DNA of 64,000 nucleotides from a virus (Duplodnaviria; Heunggongvirae; Uroviricota; Caudoviricetes). Numbering within the stretch: position 1 is the first letter of the stretch; each line of letters opens with the position of its first letter. The stretch spans positions 52,967 through 116,966 of IMG/VR virus record IMGVR_UViG_3300014208_000025. One strand, given 5' to 3'. The position numbers and the translations under genes are program-made. Positions 1 through 9,493 of this stretch are shown here, one piece after another. The notes under the pieces are model-generated. The model searched no databases. It had not been told where the DNA came from and saw nothing but the letters and a program-made list of their open reading frames with translations.

Positions 1-366
1 CTATTGGTTTCCAATTGGAGTGGTCACTTGGATTTCTTGGATAAAGACATGTGCAAGCTGTTAACAGGTGAAGTTAAGACTTTGCCGGGAGAATGTGTCA
101 ACGAATGGCTTATCAAAGAATCAGGATGGTTTACGATTGATTATACTAAGGCTGAAGAAGCAATGAAAACATGTTTTCACAACTATGGTGCATATTTGAA
201 ACGAGCCGAAGAACTTCGTGTTCGTAACACGGAAATGTTTTCCAATGCGGCAATGGATAAGGTGTTTCATGGCTATCTTGACAAATATGTTCCACAGTTT
301 TCCGTCGAAACTAAATTAGTTTTACCAAAATTAAAACGAGTCTCACCGGTATCACAATCCCTATGA
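1..366 (+). CDS. Glycosyltransferase C-terminal fragment (gene starts before window)
   Basis: Frame open from base 1; VSNWSGHLDFL segment typical of the C-terminal half of phage GT-B glycosyltransferases; heads a GT cluster. Confidence 0.6.
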   Translation, partial: LLVSNWSGHLDFLDKDMCKLLTGEVKTLPGECVNEWLIKESGWFTIDYTKAEEAMKTCFHNYGAYLKRAEELRVRNTEMFSNAAMDKVFHGYLDKYVPQFSVETKLVLPKLKRVSPVSQSL

Positions 367-1049
367 AATTGTCTTATTTAATCACATGTAGCACCGAAAC
401 TAATACATTAGGAAATTTGATAAAACGAATCGGTTATTATGTCCACGGAACAATTGATGAAATCGTCATTCTTTTTGATACAAATGCCAATGAAGAAACG
501 AAGTTAGGAGTGAATATTTATAAAAATGAAAATCCCATAAATATTCATTTAGAAACACATTCGTTGAATAACGATTACGGAGCTCATAAAAATTTTGGTA
601 ACGAACAATGTTCAGGAGATTGGATTTTTCAATGTGACGGAGACGAATTGCCATCAATTGGATTGTTAGAAAACTTAAAAACTGTTATCCAATCAAATCC
701 TGATGTTGAATTGGTTTTTGTTCCACGAATCAACGACTTTCGGGGTGTGACACCTGAACATGCTAAACAATGGGGGTGGAGATTGACGCCTTCACCAAGT
801 TATGAAAATCGTTTAGTGGTAAATTGGCCAGACTATCAAGGTCGTATTTACAAACGTGATACTACACGAATCAAATGGGATAGGAAACTACATGAAAAAA
901 TCGTGGGTCACAAACAATATAGCTTTTTACCCGCTGAAGAAGAGTGGGCTTTGTATCACGACAAGACAATTGAAACCCAGATTAAAACCAACTTGAGATA
1001 CAATCAGGTTTTTACCGAAGCTGATAACAAAGGGCATACGGTCACATAA
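363..1049 (+). CDS. GT2-family glycosyltransferase
   Basis: N-terminal MKLSYLITC strand, HKNFGNEQCSGDWIFQCDGDE (DxD-type), WPDYQGRIYK. Confidence 0.85.
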   Translation: MKLSYLITCSTETNTLGNLIKRIGYYVHGTIDEIVILFDTNANEETKLGVNIYKNENPINIHLETHSLNNDYGAHKNFGNEQCSGDWIFQCDGDELPSIGLLENLKTVIQSNPDVELVFVPRINDFRGVTPEHAKQWGWRLTPSPSYENRLVVNWPDYQGRIYKRDTTRIKWDRKLHEKIVGHKQYSFLPAEEEWALYHDKTIETQIKTNLRYNQVFTEADNKGHTVT

Positions 1050-2920
1050 TGAATATCATTATTCCATTGGGAGGTAAGGGTCAACGTTTCAAAGACCAAG
1101 ACTACCAACTACCAAAGGTGTTGGTGCCAGTTCTAGGAAAGGAAATCATTTTTTGGGTAATAGAGAATCTAAAAATAACAGACAAGGATTTCATTACCAT
1201 CATCTACAACAATGAATTGGAAAACTATCGCTTGGAAGATCGTCTGCGTAAACGATTCAATTACAAATTCCACTTCATCAAATTACCATTTCAAACCAAT
1301 GGACCGGTTGAAACCATTCTTTATGGTCTAAACAAACTTCCCAAGGAACTATTGGATGAACAACTCGTAATTCATGACGGAGATTCCTTCGTGAAGAAAA
1401 ACATTCTCTCCAGCATTCGACCTGTTGAGAACAAAATTTTCTACTTCACCACCGACGACCCCAACCCAATTTACTCCTACATCAAACTGAATTCGGAAGG
1501 CGAAGTCATGGATATTGCTGAGAAGCGTAAGATTTCCGACTGTGCCAATATCGGTTGTTACGTCTTCGACAACGGACACACGTTCATGAAATATGGCGAA
1601 CGCCTAACCATTGAATCGGGAGAGTTGTATGTGTCCTACGTTTACAAGAAAATTTTGGAAGATGGTGTCAAAGTCAATTCCACTAAGGTTCTTCTGGACG
1701 ACTTCGTATGTCTTGGAACACCCAATCAAATCGTCAATTTTTCACTAAACAACACCAGTGAAACGAAACGGTTCTGTTTTGATTTGGATAACACGTTAGT
1801 TACATATCCAAAGGTCAAAAACGATTACACTACCGTTGAACCGATTGAAAAGAACATCAAATTCTTGAAGTATCTAAAATCCAAAGGTCATACCATAATT
1901 ATCTTTACGGCAAGACGTATGTTGACCCATCAAGGAAACGTTGGGAAAATACTGGCGGATGTGGGCAAGATAACTCTCGATACTTTGACTCAGTTTGGCA
2001 TTTCTTACGACGAGCTGCATTTTGGCAAACCACACGCCGACTTTTACATTGATGATTTGGTCATTAACTCGTTTGACAACTTGGAAAAGGAAACCGGCGT
2101 TTATGTCAACAACGTTGAGCCAAGGTCATTCAATCACATAGAAGTCAAGGATAAAACCGTGGTCAAAACTTCTAACTCTGGTCTAGCGGGAGAAATGCAC
2201 TTCTATCTTCACTATCCACCGGCCCTTATGAAGTATTTCCCCAAAGTCATATCATGGAGTCCAGAACATCTTGAATTGGAAAAGATTGACGGAAATCTGT
2301 TTTCCAAAATGTATTGTCTAAAGTTGATTACACCCCAACACATTGACATGTTATTTTCGTCCTTGAATGAAATTCACAGTGTTCTTACTGATGGTTCAAA
2401 CCCTTACATTTACAGCAGTTACTCTCCCAAGTTAAGAAGTAGATATGCGGCGTATGATTATAGTCAATATCCTCACTCCAAAGAAATATTCAAGAAAATA
2501 GACGCCAAGTTGGTGGAATATCAAAACGAACAAAGAGGCGTCACAACCGTCATTCATGGAGATTTCGTATTCTCCAACATTTTTCTGACCGGACCAAATC
2601 CGGTATCGAGGTTGAAATTCATTGATATGCGAGGAAAGTTAGGAGCCGAAACTTCCATTTACGGTGATAAGTTTTATGACTATGCCAAGATGTATCAGTC
2701 TTTGATTGGTTACGACTTCATTTTGAACGACGCTACTCCAGTGTTTTTCTACATCAAGCAAAACGTTGCGTATTTTGAGGAACTGTTCATCAAACAATTT
2801 GGGAGAGAACAGTTTGAATATTTGAAATATCTTACAGCAAGTCTGTTGTTCTCACTGTTACCGTTACACAACAATAAGAAGTGTGTTGACTACTACAATC
2901 TCATTGAATATCTGATATGA
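1049..2920 (+). CDS. Three-domain fusion: sugar-phosphate nucleotidyltransferase + HAD phosphatase (capsule-biosynthesis type) + APH/choline-kinase-like kinase
   Basis: MNIIIPLGGKGQRF (NTP transferase); FCFDLDNTLV and FGKPHADFYIDD (HAD); IHGDFVFSNI and KFIDMRG (kinase catalytic loop and metal site). Confidence 0.85.
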   Translation: MNIIIPLGGKGQRFKDQDYQLPKVLVPVLGKEIIFWVIENLKITDKDFITIIYNNELENYRLEDRLRKRFNYKFHFIKLPFQTNGPVETILYGLNKLPKELLDEQLVIHDGDSFVKKNILSSIRPVENKIFYFTTDDPNPIYSYIKLNSEGEVMDIAEKRKISDCANIGCYVFDNGHTFMKYGERLTIESGELYVSYVYKKILEDGVKVNSTKVLLDDFVCLGTPNQIVNFSLNNTSETKRFCFDLDNTLVTYPKVKNDYTTVEPIEKNIKFLKYLKSKGHTIIIFTARRMLTHQGNVGKILADVGKITLDTLTQFGISYDELHFGKPHADFYIDDLVINSFDNLEKETGVYVNNVEPRSFNHIEVKDKTVVKTSNSGLAGEMHFYLHYPPALMKYFPKVISWSPEHLELEKIDGNLFSKMYCLKLITPQHIDMLFSSLNEIHSVLTDGSNPYIYSSYSPKLRSRYAAYDYSQYPHSKEIFKKIDAKLVEYQNEQRGVTTVIHGDFVFSNIFLTGPNPVSRLKFIDMRGKLGAETSIYGDKFYDYAKMYQSLIGYDFILNDATPVFFYIKQNVAYFEELFIKQFGREQFEYLKYLTASLLFSLLPLHNNKKCVDYYNLIEYLI

Positions 2921-3654
2921 AAATCGCCATCTGTATATCCGGCCATCTTAGAACATTTGAACTAACCCATCAAAGCTTACGCCGAAACGTGTTGGACAAA
3001 TACGATTGTGACGTATTCATTTCTACTTGGACAAACATCGGTAACACTCTTTACCATGAACATTATAAACCGGGGTTTGATGAAACCGACGACCGTGCAA
3101 ACATTGACCGAATCAAAGAAGTTTACACTCCAACTGGCATGTTGATTGAAGATTCAACATCGGCAGATATCAAAGCGATGAAGAAACCATTTGAAGGTCT
3201 AAAGACACGAAATAATGCGGAAATCTATCAGGTGGTTCCCATGTTTTACAAAATGTGGAACTGTAATCGGCTCAAGAAATCTCACGAAAAAAAGAATGGT
3301 TTCAAGTATGATCTTACTCTAAAATGCCGGCCTGATGTATATGTTAACAGTGTTGACATGACAAAAGGCACCGAGAAAATTCAGTTTATACCCGGACACT
3401 GTGGATACAATGACATCATCTTTTTTGGACCAAATGAAGCTATGAATGATGTGTTTGAATTGTATTCATTGTTGTCCCCAAATATGCCTTTTCATTTGGT
3501 AGAGAATGCTGAGAATATTATGTATGAACACATCATCAACAACGGGATACCACACGAAATTAGTGCGGCAGTAAACTATTTTTTCGTCAAACCTGCGGGA
3601 GTATTTGATTGTCGGGGTCAAAAAGTAATGGAACTTGGTGAACTACCGAAATAA
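2917..3654 (+). CDS. Glycosyltransferase-like protein of glycan loci
   Basis: MKIAICISGHLRTF, DVFISTW, YDLTLKCRPD, NDIIFFG pattern; ATGA-coupled within cluster. Confidence 0.6.
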   Translation: MKIAICISGHLRTFELTHQSLRRNVLDKYDCDVFISTWTNIGNTLYHEHYKPGFDETDDRANIDRIKEVYTPTGMLIEDSTSADIKAMKKPFEGLKTRNNAEIYQVVPMFYKMWNCNRLKKSHEKKNGFKYDLTLKCRPDVYVNSVDMTKGTEKIQFIPGHCGYNDIIFFGPNEAMNDVFELYSLLSPNMPFHLVENAENIMYEHIINNGIPHEISAAVNYFFVKPAGVFDCRGQKVMELGELPK

Positions 3655-3658
3655 ATAT

Positions 3659-4393
3659 ATGAACAAAAGTTTAATTGCAATTCTTCATTACAACACCGTT
3701 CACTATACGGATGCATTGTATGAAATGTTAAAACCGCATGAACGTAACGACTATGATTTAATAGTTATAGATAACGGAAGCGATTCAAACAAAACCAGTA
3801 AATATACGACTCATAGAGCGGAAGAAAACACCTGTTATGGTGGCGGGTTGGATATGGCCCTTCAATTATTTATTGATAGCTCCGAATATGATTCGTTCAC
3901 CTTGTTGAATTCGGATTTAATCGTTCATGGTTACAACTTTATAAAAGAATTGAGACATCAATTATTTTCACAAGAAGATTTAATGATTGTTTCTCCTTGT
4001 GTCATTCAACCAATACCACAACAATGTTTTTGGAAACCAATGCATTGTTGGAATTCCACAAAATTGCGTTATGTTCCATTCATTGATTATCAATGTGCGT
4101 TGATGAAACGACAATTCGCTGAAAAGATTAAATCCTTCGGTAGCAAATATGGGTGGATACAGGATTTAGTGACAGGTATTGTTTGTGAAGATAACAATTG
4201 GAAAATTGCAGTGTGTGATTGGGTGCCTATTGTTCACATCGGGAATGGAACAATAAAAGAAATTCCGAGCCAATCAAACTACAATATATTAGCTCAACAG
4301 GAACTAGATAACTATCTACGTGAACGAAATATGATAAATCGTGCCAACCAACTCAAAATTAAAGCAATAAATTACACTCACGAAAATGTCTAA
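3659..4393 (+). CDS. GT2-like glycosyltransferase
   Basis: LIVIDNGSD and LLNSDL motifs; start set at MNKSLIAIL. Confidence 0.7.
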   Translation: MNKSLIAILHYNTVHYTDALYEMLKPHERNDYDLIVIDNGSDSNKTSKYTTHRAEENTCYGGGLDMALQLFIDSSEYDSFTLLNSDLIVHGYNFIKELRHQLFSQEDLMIVSPCVIQPIPQQCFWKPMHCWNSTKLRYVPFIDYQCALMKRQFAEKIKSFGSKYGWIQDLVTGIVCEDNNWKIAVCDWVPIVHIGNGTIKEIPSQSNYNILAQQELDNYLRERNMINRANQLKIKAINYTHENV

Positions 4394-5210
4394 CAAAATC
4401 GTTTTGTATTGCAAATCTTATGCAGGAGATGTTCAGAGAGTCAAAATTCTGTTTGATTCAATCTTGAAACACAATAAGGACAAAATTCCTCTCTACCTCT
4501 CCGTCCCCGTTGAAGATGTTAAATTATTCAAAAATGTTATTGGAATATCTGAATACATTCTCGTGACCGACCAGGAAATTAGCCATTCCAACCTTTGTCA
4601 GTCGTGGAAAAATCAACAGATAATCAAAATGATGTTTTGGAAATTAGATGCGTCGGAAAATTATGTAGTGTTAGATTCTGATTCCTATTTTATTCGAGAC
4701 TTCTACATTAAGGATTTTTTGATAAACTACAAAACTCCATTGAATAATGTCGTTCCCTACACGGTTATGCACGAACAAAAAGATTTGTTTTCTTGGACTT
4801 CCAGATATGTTCAACAACTTGGTTTTGATCCGATGAAATCCTTTTCAGAATGTCGGAAACCAATAATGGATTTGTTTGACCGAAACGGGCGATTATATGA
4901 CTTTGGCCCAGTACCAGTAATTTGGTCCGCAACAGTTTGGAAAACTCTGGAAGAAGAATATATTAAACCCAACAATCTATCTTTTGAAGAACTTGTTAAT
5001 ACTGTATCTAGTGAGTTTTCATGGTATGGGGAATGGTTATTGATACGGAAACCCATTGAATTGTGGCCAATTGAACCTATGTTCAAGGTCTTTCATTATT
5101 TGCCCCAATATCACGAACACAAACAAATGGGTTATACCGAAGAAACGTTTTCCAAAAATTATTTGGGATTGGTTATGCAATCCTCAGCGGGATGCCCATT
5201 AAAATACTAA
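4386..5210 (+). CDS. GT-A-fold protein (DUF6492-like)
   Basis: WKNQQIIKM, YVVLDSDSYFIRDF, EFSWYGEW motifs. Confidence 0.6.
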   Translation: MSNKIVLYCKSYAGDVQRVKILFDSILKHNKDKIPLYLSVPVEDVKLFKNVIGISEYILVTDQEISHSNLCQSWKNQQIIKMMFWKLDASENYVVLDSDSYFIRDFYIKDFLINYKTPLNNVVPYTVMHEQKDLFSWTSRYVQQLGFDPMKSFSECRKPIMDLFDRNGRLYDFGPVPVIWSATVWKTLEEEYIKPNNLSFEELVNTVSSEFSWYGEWLLIRKPIELWPIEPMFKVFHYLPQYHEHKQMGYTEETFSKNYLGLVMQSSAGCPLKY

Positions 5211-5234
5211 GATGAACAAACCAATTGAAACAAT

Positions 5235-6761
5235 ATGTTTAATAATATGAGTCCAATAACTTTTTGTATCGGAACTTCAAATAACCTAGAGTATTTGAAA
5301 TTAGCGGTTCATTCCGTTCGAACTTACTCCCACTTCAAAGACTCACCTTTCATCGTTTATGCTGAGAACTGCACCGATGGGACGGATGAGTGGTTAAAGG
5401 AAAACTACATCAAATACAACATTACTCCACACATTGAACACAACGACATACCTAACGGTATTGGCGGAGGTATGAACTTCTGTGCGGAACGTGTGAAAAC
5501 CGAATACATCATGTTCCTGCACGCCGATATGTTTGTATCAAAAAATTGGGATTTGGAAGCATTTGTGACACATGGAAAACATCATACAGAACAAACTCCA
5601 CCATATATTTACAAACCTGTATGGGTGTCCAGTTATCGTATTCAACCAAACGTATTTCATGAAGATAGTCGTCCCGGCACGTTAGTAGTTCCAGTTGACT
5701 ATTTTGGAGAATACGCTCAAAATTTTGATGAAGCAACGTTCATTTCTTATGCTCAAGAGTTCGCCCAAGTCAACGATGTTGAGATTCGTAAAGGCGAAGG
5801 CGTCTCGGGACTAATTCGTAAAATAGATTGGGATTCCATTGGTGGTAACGACCCACGATTTAATCCGTTATCATTTGATGATATGGATTTGTTCATTCGG
5901 ATGCAAAACGCCGGGTTCAAATTTGTCTTGACTTCAAAATCCGTGGTGTATCATTTTGGAAGCCGCTCTTCAAATGGACATTTTCCAACGAACGATTTAA
6001 CACAACGTTCTCCCAAACAAAACAATTTTGAACAACGAAACCTGCAACGTTTCATTGAAAAGTGGGGGCAACCTCCACAACAAGACGACGTTGGATTCAT
6101 TAAACCAATAGAAACGATTGTAATCCAACAGTTGAAGAAAAACGTGGTATCATCGTATTCTACGATTCACCATCCAATTGAAGTCAACGAAGCAACCTAT
6201 TCAGAAATCAACTTCGATGGATCGCAAAAACCATATGAATTTTTTGAAACGTGGAAATTAATTGATGCCAATTTACCAAATACGGATTCTATCTCCTTCT
6301 TGGAAATTGGGGCTTACAAGGGATTGTGGGCCATTGCTTTTGTTGAATGGTGCAAACTACACAACAAAAAACCGATTTATACTACCGTAACCATGATTAG
6401 TCAAGACCCAAATAATCAACCACTCTACAACGTGGAAAAACATTACAAAGATGTATGTGATTGGTTACTGATAGATGCTAATTCTCAGTTAGAATCCACT
6501 AAGGCCGAAGTCATCAAGCGAGCGCCGCACTATGACTTTGTATTCATTGACGCCGACCACTCATACGATGGCGTATTGAAAGACATCCAACTATATGCTC
6601 CGTTGGCCAGAAAGCTTCTGTTCTTTCACGACATACGAACTACCAACAACGAGGGTCTTAGTGTCTATCGAGCCATTACAGATTCACAAATAAAATTGGA
6701 CTATGAAATTGCATGTGAACCGCATAATAACGTAATGGGAATTGGAATTAAGAAAATATGA
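5235..6761 (+). CDS. GT2 glycosyltransferase fused to class I SAM methyltransferase (Methyltransf_24-like)
   Basis: IMFLHADM and FDDMDLFIR (GT2); FLEIGAYKG and DFVFIDADHSYDGV...FFHDI (methyltransferase). Confidence 0.85.
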   Translation: MFNNMSPITFCIGTSNNLEYLKLAVHSVRTYSHFKDSPFIVYAENCTDGTDEWLKENYIKYNITPHIEHNDIPNGIGGGMNFCAERVKTEYIMFLHADMFVSKNWDLEAFVTHGKHHTEQTPPYIYKPVWVSSYRIQPNVFHEDSRPGTLVVPVDYFGEYAQNFDEATFISYAQEFAQVNDVEIRKGEGVSGLIRKIDWDSIGGNDPRFNPLSFDDMDLFIRMQNAGFKFVLTSKSVVYHFGSRSSNGHFPTNDLTQRSPKQNNFEQRNLQRFIEKWGQPPQQDDVGFIKPIETIVIQQLKKNVVSSYSTIHHPIEVNEATYSEINFDGSQKPYEFFETWKLIDANLPNTDSISFLEIGAYKGLWAIAFVEWCKLHNKKPIYTTVTMISQDPNNQPLYNVEKHYKDVCDWLLIDANSQLESTKAEVIKRAPHYDFVFIDADHSYDGVLKDIQLYAPLARKLLFFHDIRTTNNEGLSVYRAITDSQIKLDYEIACEPHNNVMGIGIKKI

Positions 6762-7120
6762 TACCCTATCCACTCACCGAACTAATTGATAGAATGTCCA
6801 TCTCCAAATTGAAGATGGAACGTATCGGAGAACCGCAATGTGCTAAAGAATTTCAGTGGTTGGAACGTGGGGTAGCTGAATTCAACTTTTCTGAGTTTGA
6901 CTTTTACTTCAAATCCCTGTATGATATCAATGGAAAGATTTGGGATATGGAATCGGAAATACGTAAAGGATTGGATGCCAAACTAGGTCTGGATGAAATC
7001 GGTCGGCGAGCCATCAAAATCCGCGAAGCAAACAAAACCCGCGTAGCTCTCAAGAATGAGATTGCTAAGAAGACCAAATCAGGATTTGAAGATGTCAAGA
7101 TGAATCACATATCAGCATGA
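6758..7120 (+). CDS. Small coiled-coil protein (DUF6165-like)
   Basis: ELIDRMSISKLK...INGKIWDMESEIR...NKTRVALKNEI pattern; coupled to neighbours. Confidence 0.55.
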   Translation: MIPYPLTELIDRMSISKLKMERIGEPQCAKEFQWLERGVAEFNFSEFDFYFKSLYDINGKIWDMESEIRKGLDAKLGLDEIGRRAIKIREANKTRVALKNEIAKKTKSGFEDVKMNHISA

Positions 7121-7977
7121 AAGTTTTAGTTACAGGTGGGGCTGGATTTATTGGAACCAATCTTATCATAGCCTTGAAAAAAGAGGGACATGAAGTTACC
7201 TCTATTGACAATTATTGTTCAGGTAACAAGAAGAACCATCAGCAGAGGGTGGAGTATTTGATTGGTCATACCAAAGACATATCATCCATCTGTGAAAATA
7301 CTCCCTTTGATGTCGTGTTTCATCTGGGCGAACATTCCAAGATTGTTCCCTCCTTCAAAGAGATACGAGAGGTTTGGCAATCCAATTCCGAGGGCACATT
7401 CAATGTGTTTGAGTTCTGTAAAAAGCGAAACATAAAATTGGTCTATGCTGGTTCAAGCACTCGGTTCGCTAAAGAAGGCGAAGGCCATTCACCTTATTCA
7501 TTCACCAAAGCCAAAAATTGTGACTTGATACGGTGTTATTCACAGTGGTATGGTTTGAAATATGCTATTTGTTATTTCTACAACGTATTTGGACCATATC
7601 AAGACACCTGCGACAACGGATATGAAACCGTTGTGAGTATCTTTGAAAAGCAATATGTTCAGGGGAAACCACTGACCGTTTGTGGTAACGGATTACAGAC
7701 ACGTTGTTTTACCTATGTTGAAGACATTGTTAGTGGTCTGATGAAGGCTTGGAAGTTTCAAGGCAACGAAGAATTTCAGTTGAACAACAAGAAACAATTT
7801 AGCATCCTTGAAGTTGCTAAAATGTTTTCGGATAATATCGTATTTGTTGACGCTCGGCCGGGTGATAGAATGGAGAGTAGTTCCGACTGTATCAAATCCA
7901 TGTTATTATTGGAGTGGAAAACCACCAAGGATGTTGATGAATGGATTCACAAAATACGGAAACAACATGAAGATTAA
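7117..7977 (+). CDS. NAD-dependent nucleotide-sugar epimerase/dehydratase (extended SDR)
   Basis: MKVLVTGGAGFIG, YAGSST, YSFTK (YxxxK), FYNVFGP. Confidence 0.9.
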   Translation: MKVLVTGGAGFIGTNLIIALKKEGHEVTSIDNYCSGNKKNHQQRVEYLIGHTKDISSICENTPFDVVFHLGEHSKIVPSFKEIREVWQSNSEGTFNVFEFCKKRNIKLVYAGSSTRFAKEGEGHSPYSFTKAKNCDLIRCYSQWYGLKYAICYFYNVFGPYQDTCDNGYETVVSIFEKQYVQGKPLTVCGNGLQTRCFTYVEDIVSGLMKAWKFQGNEEFQLNNKKQFSILEVAKMFSDNIVFVDARPGDRMESSSDCIKSMLLLEWKTTKDVDEWIHKIRKQHED

Positions 7978-8647
7978 AAGATACGACACCGAATTTGAAG
8001 TGGTAGATGATACCATTTGTCCAGAATTTTGGAGTAAACATCCAGAATGGGAAGCATACAACTACAGAAAAATAAGAGAACATGCCTTTTCATGTCATAC
8101 TTTTGTTAGTGTTGGAACGTGGATTGGCCCATTTACTCTCTTTGCAGCTAAACACTACGAACGAGTCATTGGGTTTGAACCGGAAAGTTTAGCCTTCAAC
8201 GAAGTATCGAGAAATGTCATTTTGAACAATTATTCCAATGTGGAGTTGAACAACGTAGCCGTGGCTAGTTTTAACGGAACTCTTCAACTGGGAGAGTGTA
8301 TCGCATGTCCAAAGGGAATGAGTCGAACTAGTTTTTTGTATGACGGTGACAAATTTTCAGTTAAATGTGAAACTCTCAGAAAAATTTATGCTGATAGAGG
8401 GTTGACCACAAGAACATGCTTAAAAATTGACATTGAAGGTGGCGAATACAACTTGTTTGATGATATTGATTTTTTCATTCAAAACAAACCAACCCTAATA
8501 GTTGAGTGTCATCAAGAATATTTGAACCCGGACCAAACTGAACATTTAAGACGTGGATTGGAAAATGTGGCTAAACATTATGATGTCCCATTTTTGTTGG
8601 AACCAATCCGAAACACTCATTGTTATTTGGAATCAACCTATGAATGA
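7967..8647 (+). CDS. FkbM-family methyltransferase
   Basis: VGTWIGPFT, VIGFEPE, LKIDIEGGE; start reassigned to MKIKRY overlapping the upstream stop. Confidence 0.85.
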   Translation: MKIKRYDTEFEVVDDTICPEFWSKHPEWEAYNYRKIREHAFSCHTFVSVGTWIGPFTLFAAKHYERVIGFEPESLAFNEVSRNVILNNYSNVELNNVAVASFNGTLQLGECIACPKGMSRTSFLYDGDKFSVKCETLRKIYADRGLTTRTCLKIDIEGGEYNLFDDIDFFIQNKPTLIVECHQEYLNPDQTEHLRRGLENVAKHYDVPFLLEPIRNTHCYLESTYE

Positions 8648-9347
8648 CATACCAATATTCATTATGAACAAAGACCGACTGGGCCCATTAAAGGACCTAG
8701 TTGAATTTCTCCAAAAAAGGAATTATTGCAACATTACTATCGTTGATAACAAATCAACCTATCCACAGTTACTTAATTGGTACAAAGTATCGGGAGCTAA
8801 AATATTCAACAATACAACTTCTGATACGGGTATTGATAGTGTGAATAGTCTTGCATACACTCACCGAATACCCGAGTTTTTACATCCAATGATGACAGGC
8901 AACTTTATTTTGACGGATAGTGATATTGTTCCTGTTTCTGAAATTCCCGTTGGATTTGTTGAAGATTTAACAGAAATATGCAACAAATATCGTCGTCACA
9001 AAGTAGGTCTTGGGTTAAAGATTGATGATGTTCCTGACCACTTCTACAACAAGAAAAAAATGTTGGATATTGAAACGATGTATTGGAAAGATGCTTTGGA
9101 AGGTGAAAAAATGTTACTTTATCCCCATCCAATTGATACTACGTTTGCCGTTTATTCTCCGGGTACGATTGCCAAATGGGGTAGTGGGGGAACATGTTTT
9201 AGAACTGGTGGAAACTATGTGGCTCGCCACATTCCTTGGTATTATGATTACAATAATTTACCAGAAGATGAAAAATACTACATCAAAAACCTAGCCCCAA
9301 ATACAGGAGCATGTTGGTCGTTGTGGGCAAAGGAAGTTGTCAAATGA
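8640..9347 (+). CDS. GT2-like glycosyltransferase
   Basis: IPIFIMNKDRL, IVDNKSTYP, ILTDSDI, PIDTTFAVY, ARHIPWY. Confidence 0.7.
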   Translation: MNDIPIFIMNKDRLGPLKDLVEFLQKRNYCNITIVDNKSTYPQLLNWYKVSGAKIFNNTTSDTGIDSVNSLAYTHRIPEFLHPMMTGNFILTDSDIVPVSEIPVGFVEDLTEICNKYRRHKVGLGLKIDDVPDHFYNKKKMLDIETMYWKDALEGEKMLLYPHPIDTTFAVYSPGTIAKWGSGGTCFRTGGNYVARHIPWYYDYNNLPEDEKYYIKNLAPNTGACWSLWAKEVVK

Positions 9348-9493
9348 AAAAGAAGTCATCCAAGAAACGTCCGATTTGTCCACGTTGTAAAACACCATGC
9401 GATACCGCAAAAACCGTCAAAGGAAAATTTTCTGGTGTTGAATGTTGGAAATGTGGATATAGTGGCAAAGTAAACACCACCGAATTTGATTAA
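9344..9493 (+). CDS. Small zinc-ribbon protein
   Basis: CPRC...CWKC; ATGA overlap with upstream stop. Confidence 0.45.
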   Translation: MKKKSSKKRPICPRCKTPCDTAKTVKGKFSGVECWKCGYSGKVNTTEFD

